Origin: Acidobacteriota bacterium
Lineage (GTDB): Bacteria > Acidobacteriota > UBA890 > WLXD01
Assembly (NCBI GenBank): GCA_963666055.2
Contig: CAXWPH010000010.1
Coordinates: 96,001 to 160,000, forward strand
Length of the DNA: 64,000 nucleotides
Direction: 5' to 3'
In this document: positions 59,534 to 64,000 of the stretch, in pieces
Layout of the letters: each line of letters starts with the position of its first letter
Numbering within the stretch: position 1 is the first letter of the stretch
Program-made: the position numbers and the translations under genes
Notes under the pieces: model-generated
The model's input: the letters and a program-made list of their open reading frames with translations, nothing else
Databases searched by the model: none
Told to the model about the DNA's origin: nothing

Positions 59534-60151
59534 TTATCGGGGCCACGGCTCACCGAAGCCTGCCATCGCCGGTCGCCGGTCGACCGGCCGCTGGCCCACT
59601 GATTCGCGCGAGCCATGACGCATCACGGTCAACTGGCGCGGCTTCATGCCTTCAAAGAAGCCGTCGATTTCGTGCGTTGATACGGCTCGAGGCGGCCGCT
59701 GCCATTCCGTCGAGGCGAAAGCCAGGCGCGATTCGGTGACGATTCGATAGCGGATACTCGGAGGCTGTGCCCCACCGTCACCGTCAAAGATGGCGAAGAT
59801 CGCACCACCCGGCATCAGCACCGAGCGGAGCTCGGCAACGATCTGGCGGGCGCGTTCCTTGGACAGCAACGTCAGCATGTTCCAACAGACAATTCCGCCG
59901 TATCCGATTTCGCCGAGGTCGAGCTCGCCGCCACGTTCGAGACGCGCCGCCAGGTCGATCGCCGAAACTCGATGGCCGCGCTGAGCCCAGAACGTGATGT
60001 TCGATGGAGTCGTCGGCCCCAGGTCCAGCACCGCCGCCTCGGGTCCGATCCGCGACAAGACGCCCGTGAAGCGCTCGAACAGGGCCGAACGATACTCGCC
60101 GGAGGTGAACTCGGCGTTCTCGGCCGCACTGCTCGACCGTCGCAACACCAT
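59534..60151 (-). CDS. Class I SAM-methyltransferase-like protein
   Basis: VLDLGP...SNI.F, Y.GI.CW, L.PGG...A.F; directly downstream of the bactofilin gene. Confidence 0.7.
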   Translation of the reverse strand: MVLRRSSSAAENAEFTSGEYRSALFERFTGVLSRIGPEAAVLDLGPTTPSNITFWAQRGHRVSAIDLAARLERGGELDLGEIGYGGIVCWNMLTLLSKERARQIVAELRSVLMPGGAIFAIFDGDGGAQPPSIRYRIVTESRLAFASTEWQRPPRAVSTHEIDGFFEGMKPRQLTVMRHGSRESVGQRPVDRRPAMAGFGEPWPR

Positions 60152-60170
60152 CGGTCGTGACCCTTTCGAG

Positions 60171-60716
60171 CTATCCCGCAGAGACGGGCGTTTTTCTGGG
60201 GGTCTTCGCGGCCGCGGCCGACGGCCCTCGGGCTGCTTCGGTCGGGGGTGGAGCAGCAGCCTCCTTCGGCCGCTTTTCGCCGATCGGCGATACCGGCTTG
60301 TCCACCGCAGCAGGCTCCATCTCGACGCTGCCCTTGAAGTAGGCGCCATCTCTGACCTGCAGCGATGGTGTCCTGATGTTGCCAGTGAGTGAGGCGGTCG
60401 CTCCCAGTACGAGCGTTTCGGCGGCGTGCACGTCTCCCTTGACGGTGCCTTCCACCAGCACTTTGGTGCCTTTGATCAGTGCCTGGACGTCAGCCTGCTT
60501 GGCAATCAGCAATTTCTCTCGCGCGTGGATCTGGCCCTCGACCTTGCCCAGGATGGTCAGGTCCTCGTCGCAGGTGATCGTTCCGTTGACATACACGCGC
60601 TCGCCGAGCGTCGAGCCACTCGCCGCGCGGGGACTCGGCGGCGGCGGAGCAACAGCCTTTGGCGCTGACGGAGCCGTTCTGATCCTGTCCTTGTCGTCGT
60701 TGTCGAACCAACCCAT
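60171..60716 (-). CDS. Bactofilin (polymer-forming cytoskeletal protein)
   Basis: Beta-helix repeats G.I...EDL.I.G.VEG.I ... V.G.V.G.V.A...L ... GA.F.G.V.M. Confidence 0.92.
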   Translation of the reverse strand: MGWFDNDDKDRIRTAPSAPKAVAPPPPSPRAASGSTLGERVYVNGTITCDEDLTILGKVEGQIHAREKLLIAKQADVQALIKGTKVLVEGTVKGDVHAAETLVLGATASLTGNIRTPSLQVRDGAYFKGSVEMEPAAVDKPVSPIGEKRPKEAAAPPPTEAARGPSAAAAKTPRKTPVSAG

Positions 60717-60849
60717 CGGTCTCCTCGGATTTTCCTCAGGCGTCGCTGCATAAGGGTATCGAGCGGGCGGCAGGAGCGAAAGGAGCAGGGACCTTTGCGC
60801 CTTTTGTTCGCCTTAGGTGGCCATTTCCCCACCAATCCGAACTCCTAAC

Positions 60850-61000
60850 CCCTTGTAACTCTTGAACTTAACAGTATTAGTCATTATTAGTTAGTATAAA
60901 GCATTATAATATATTTATAACTCATTTATTGACATTTTAAGTATCTTAAAATACGTTATTAATCAGTTATCAACTGATAAACATATTGGGAGATAGTTTT
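60850..61000 (+). promoter_or_regulatory. AT-rich island with a sigma70-like promoter and three 17-bp palindromes
   Basis: TTGACA (60929-60934), 17-nt spacer, TACGTT (60952-60957); palindromes at 60904-60920, 60935-60951 and 60962-60978. Confidence 0.7.
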
Positions 61001-61001
61001 G

Positions 61002-61373
61002 ATGTCTAATAGTCATTTAAACGCACGACGCTCCCGACCACGCCTCGAGCGTGAGGTTCCGCCCACTGGGTCCATCCACGCGGCTCAATACCTAACCGGA
61101 ACCCCCGAGTCGGTAATCTGGGGTGAGGTGTTGTTGCGCGCGATCGACGATTTCAAGGTCTACACGTCGCACCGACGAGATCCAGAAGCGAATCCGGTCT
61201 CCGCCAAGACGCTGCGCTCGATCCTCGCCGACGGCTGCGATCCGGAGTACTGGTTCTTCGGTGAAAACACCGGCTTCGACGCGGTGTGCATGGTGCTGAA
61301 CATCGAGCCTGACGTCATTCGTCGCCACCTTCGCGCCTGGATCGAGGAGATCGGTGACGAGCTCCGCTACTAG
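61002..61373 (+). CDS. Small helical hypothetical protein (paralog-like of 58687-59037)
   Basis: GGGAG RBS; PE..IW.EVL.RA.DD...WFF....FD.VC..L.I.P..IR. Confidence 0.7.
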   Translation: MSNSHLNARRSRPRLEREVPPTGSIHAAQYLTGTPESVIWGEVLLRAIDDFKVYTSHRRDPEANPVSAKTLRSILADGCDPEYWFFGENTGFDAVCMVLNIEPDVIRRHLRAWIEEIGDELRY

Positions 61374-61474
61374 GACGGAGTCTCGTGATGCCGTCAGCTT
61401 GCCGCACGCCGCATTCGTCGTGCCGATATAATCCAGCATCGTTATCGACCTGCTCGTGAGTTGGAGACGGCAAG

Positions 61475-61708
61475 ATGAAGATCGAACTGACCTATTGCGC
61501 CGCTTGAGGGTATGAGCCTCAAGCCGTCAGTCTGACGGCCAAGATTCTGTCCGAGTTCAAGCAGAACATCTCAACAATGAACTTGTTGCCGCGGGCCGGC
61601 GGAAAGTTCGAGCTCGCGGTAGACGACGAGCTCGTGTATTCGAAGTTGGCCACCGGGTCGTTTCCCGACGAAGGCTCGATCTTGCAGCTTCTACGCGAGC
61701 GTTCCTGA
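61475..61708 (+). CDS. Rdx (SelT/SelW/SelH-like) selenoprotein, CxxU
   Basis: MKIELTYCAA-TGA-GYEPQA...GGKFELAVDDELVYSKLATGSFPDE; GGAG RBS; TATAAT at 61427-61432; hairpin at 61523-61539. Confidence 0.92.
61523..61539 (+). promoter_or_regulatory. Putative bacterial SECIS hairpin
   Basis: GCCGTCA-GTC-TGACGGC with a G-containing loop, starting 15 nt after the in-frame TGA (61505-61507). Confidence 0.7.
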
Positions 61709-61711
61709 AGC

Positions 61712-62548
61712 TCAGCGCTGGCAGCGTGGACAGTAGTACGTCGAGCGCCCAGCCTGGATGACTCGACGAATCGTCGTCGCACATCGACCGCAACCGCGAC
61801 CAGCGCGACCATAGACCTGCAGCCGCACAGCGAAATAACCTCGACTGCCCTCGACATCTCGGAAGTCGTTCAGGGTGGTGCCGCCTTGCCGTAGCGCGGC
61901 TTCGAGAACTTCGAGACACGCGGCGTGTAGACGATTCCAGCGAGGAGCCGCGATTCGTCGGCATGCTGTCGCCGGGTGGATCCGCGCCAACCACAACGCT
62001 TCGCTCGCGTAGATGTTGCCGATCCCGGTAACCACCCGGGCGTCCATGAGCATGTTCTTGACAGGGCGCCTGCTGCCTCGAGTCACCGCATATAGGTGCT
62101 CGGCTGTGAACCCAGTGCCGAACGGGTCCGGGCCGAGGCGCGCGAACAGCCGATGGTTTTCCATGCCCACCTTCGGAATGACGAGCATGAGACCGAACCG
62201 GCGCGGATCGTTGTACCGCAGCTCCCGCCGCACCGTCGGATGATCAGATGACCACCAAAGGCTGACGTGGTCATGCGGGTGCAGCACGGAAGTCCGATCC
62301 GACCAGACCAGGCGACCGCTCATACCCAGATGAATCACGAGTAGCTTGTCGGCCGAGGTATCGATGATCAAGTACTTGGCGCGGCGGCGGACTGCCCCAA
62401 CGCGGCTGCCTACGAGCCGCTGCAGCGCGCCGCGATCGATTCGTTCGCGCAACCGGGGCTCACGCACCTCGACACGCTCGAGTCGTGATCCAAGCAGCCG
62501 AGGCTCGAGCCCGCGGCGGACCGTCTCGACCTCGGGTAGCTCAGGCAC
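61712..62548 (-). CDS. mutM: Formamidopyrimidine-DNA glycosylase
   Basis: PELPEVET, RRAKYL, HLGMSG, DPRRFG, GIGNIYASE, C-terminal CxxC...CxxC zinc finger. Confidence 0.97.
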   Translation of the reverse strand: MPELPEVETVRRGLEPRLLGSRLERVEVREPRLRERIDRGALQRLVGSRVGAVRRRAKYLIIDTSADKLLVIHLGMSGRLVWSDRTSVLHPHDHVSLWWSSDHPTVRRELRYNDPRRFGLMLVIPKVGMENHRLFARLGPDPFGTGFTAEHLYAVTRGSRRPVKNMLMDARVVTGIGNIYASEALWLARIHPATACRRIAAPRWNRLHAACLEVLEAALRQGGTTLNDFRDVEGSRGYFAVRLQVYGRAGRGCGRCATTIRRVIQAGRSTYYCPRCQR

Positions 62549-62629
62549 GTGACGGACCGGTCGCATCTCCGACCAAGATCCAGCGGCGGTTGCCAGGAGT
62601 CTGCAATCTCATGCGTCACACAACGAGAA

Positions 62630-62663
62630 AGAGGGGAGCGAGCCGGTGCGCTCGCTCCCCTCT
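62630..62663 (-). terminator. Intrinsic terminator-like hairpin downstream of the H1-like gene
   Basis: 14-bp perfect stem AGAGGGGAGCGAGC/GCTCGCTCCCCTCT with a 6-nt loop and a short T-run on the minus strand. Confidence 0.7.
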
Positions 62664-62707
62664 CCTTGATCGGCTGGCAGATCGCTAGAAATGCTGAATG
62701 CCTAACG

Positions 62708-62958
62708 TTAGCGCCTGCCCCTCTTCTTGGCGGCGCTTCTTGCTTGGTCACCTTCTTCTTGGCGGCCTTCTTCTTGGTCACCTTCTTCTTGGCGGCCTTC
62801 TTCTTGGTCACCTTCTTCTTGGCGGCCTTCTTCTTGGTCACCTTCTTCTTGGCGGCCTTCTTCTTGGTCGCCTTCTTCTTGGTCGCCTTCTTCTTGGCGG
62901 CTCTCTTCTTGGTCGCCTTTTTCCGAGTTGGCTTCTTCGTCTTCTTCTTCGCAGCCAC
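62708..62958 (-). CDS. Small histone H1-like Lys/Ala-rich DNA-binding protein with an apparent 1-nt frameshift near 62743
   Basis: Purine-rich RBS, GTG-AAKKKTKK, repeated KKKAA/KKKVT units; the adjacent frame ends ARSAAKKRGRR-TAA just before the terminator. Confidence 0.75.
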
Positions 62959-63271
62959 CCCTATACCCCCTTCTTGATGCCCCCAAGAGATCGCGGTGTC
63001 CAGAATGGAACCGCCGTGACCGAAATTATGTTCCACGTACTCAAGAGGTGTAAGTCGACACAACGAATTCCTGCGCAAAAAAAACACGCCGCTCGAAACG
63101 CGACTCGCGTCATTTGATCGCCTTCCGAACAACATTTCGACACCGCAAGAAAGAGCAGCGCCGCACGCAGCTTCCGGTTTCATTGAAAGCTGTCTTACCG
63201 GGTATCGCCTTGCCGCGGCGAGGGCCGAGGTGGAGGTTGCCAAGAAGCGCGCCGAAGAAGCGCGCCGATCT

Positions 63272-63549
63272 CTAGCAGGCCGTGGTAAAAATGTGGTGGG
63301 TCTGGTTACGGCGAGTTGGGGTCAGATGCAAGGCGGCCTGACACAGACGATGCCCTGCCATCGTCGAGGAAGGCCAACGCTGCAGATAGCCCCAAATCGC
63401 CGTAACCCTCCGGGCGAAAGGGGGTTGCGCGCGTATGCTGCGTCGTTCCTCGTCAACGATGGCGTAACCATCGCCTCCTCCTCTCTCCTTACCTCCACTT
63501 CGCAAGTCCCTGTCGCCAGACCCACCACACTTTCACCACGGCCTACTAG
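63272..63549 (+). mobile_element. Non-autonomous TIR element, full-length copy 2: 270 bp with a perfect CTAG duplication
   Basis: CTAG at 63272-63275 and 63546-63549; TIRs with a few mismatches; colinear with 11822-12092. Confidence 0.93.
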
Positions 63550-63551
63550 CG

Positions 63552-64000
63552 CTACGAGCGCATGCTCTCCGTGGGCGTCCTGTCGCATGCCAACCTCGAC
63601 CGCAGTGCCCGCCTGGCGTATCGGCGGGCGCTCGGTGCACAGGTCACGCTGATATGCCCATGCGGGAACCACCGAACCGGTACAGCCCATTGACGCTCCA
63701 GTTCGACCAGCGACTTGGGGTCGACAACATTGTCAAACTGTGCGCCGATCACCACGACGTCGTCGGATCTCAGGCGTAGTCGCCGATGTCCGGGGGCATA
63801 ACGGCGAAAGGCCTCGCCGGTGAGATCGCGGTCGACGCCGGCGTCGATAAGCGCCGTCCGTATCGATGCCATCAACGGTGACTCCCACATCGTGCTATGT
63901 GGGTCGACAATCGGCGTCCAAAGGACCGCCGCATCGATCTCCGTCGCGGTCGTCAACGTGAGCGCGGCGACCCATCCGCCTAAGCTAACGCCCCAGAGGC
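63552..64000 (-). CDS. Alpha/beta hydrolase, C-terminal part, truncated by the window edge
   Basis: LWGVSLGG nucleophile elbow at the edge, GA.FDNVV (Asp), HGHIS (His). Confidence 0.75.
   Translation of the reverse strand, partial: LWGVSLGGWVAALTLTTATEIDAAVLWTPIVDPHSTMWESPLMASIRTALIDAGVDRDLTGEAFRRYAPGHRRLRLRSDDVVVIGAQFDNVVDPKSLVELERQWAVPVRWFPHGHISVTCAPSARRYARRALRSRLACDRTPTESMRS

Noticed and set aside
63242-63267. 13-bp tandem duplication AAGAAGCGCGCCG next to the repeat
   Set aside because: Both copies lie on one side of the element, so it is not a target duplication; probably local slippage.
63230-63690. ORFs within the repeat copies (also 11818-12075) as a possible transposase
   Set aside because: They are short, have no DDE, HUH or recombinase motifs, and are similar only because the DNA repeat is shared.

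Overview
High-GC window that looks like chromosomal DNA of an Acidobacteriota-like bacterium (inferred from a PadR + duplicated orphan ABC permease pair and a bactofilin/methyltransferase-like pair). Most genes are metabolic or housekeeping: bolA-grxD, a molybdenum hydroxylase/NCS1/cyclase catabolic cluster, an M16 peptidase pair, tkt-rpiB-pgi, an ABC exporter pair and mutM. No rRNA, tRNA or CRISPR array was seen. The ORF track misses several signals. (1) A dense family of CTAG-inserted, transposase-free repeats with 30-bp terminal inverted repeats (TIRs): two full ~270-bp copies, one single-arm copy and several miniature remnants. The interior is two inverted copies of a folded module that shows compensatory base-pair changes between copies. 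One copy disrupts a permease, and remnants lie inside coding sequences or on stop codons. (2) A 1.84-kb tyrosine-integrase mini-element flanked by an 18-bp direct repeat. It sits at the start codon of an SRAP gene and supplies a replacement ATG. (3) An unannotated CxxU Rdx-family selenoprotein with a SECIS-like hairpin. (4) A histone-H1-like protein fused to a degenerate nucleotidyltransferase-like domain, and a second H1-like gene with a frameshift. (5) Two probable pseudogenes (NCS2 permease, amidase) and an M43 peptidase with an in-frame TGA. All calls come from reading the sequence by eye; no searches were run.
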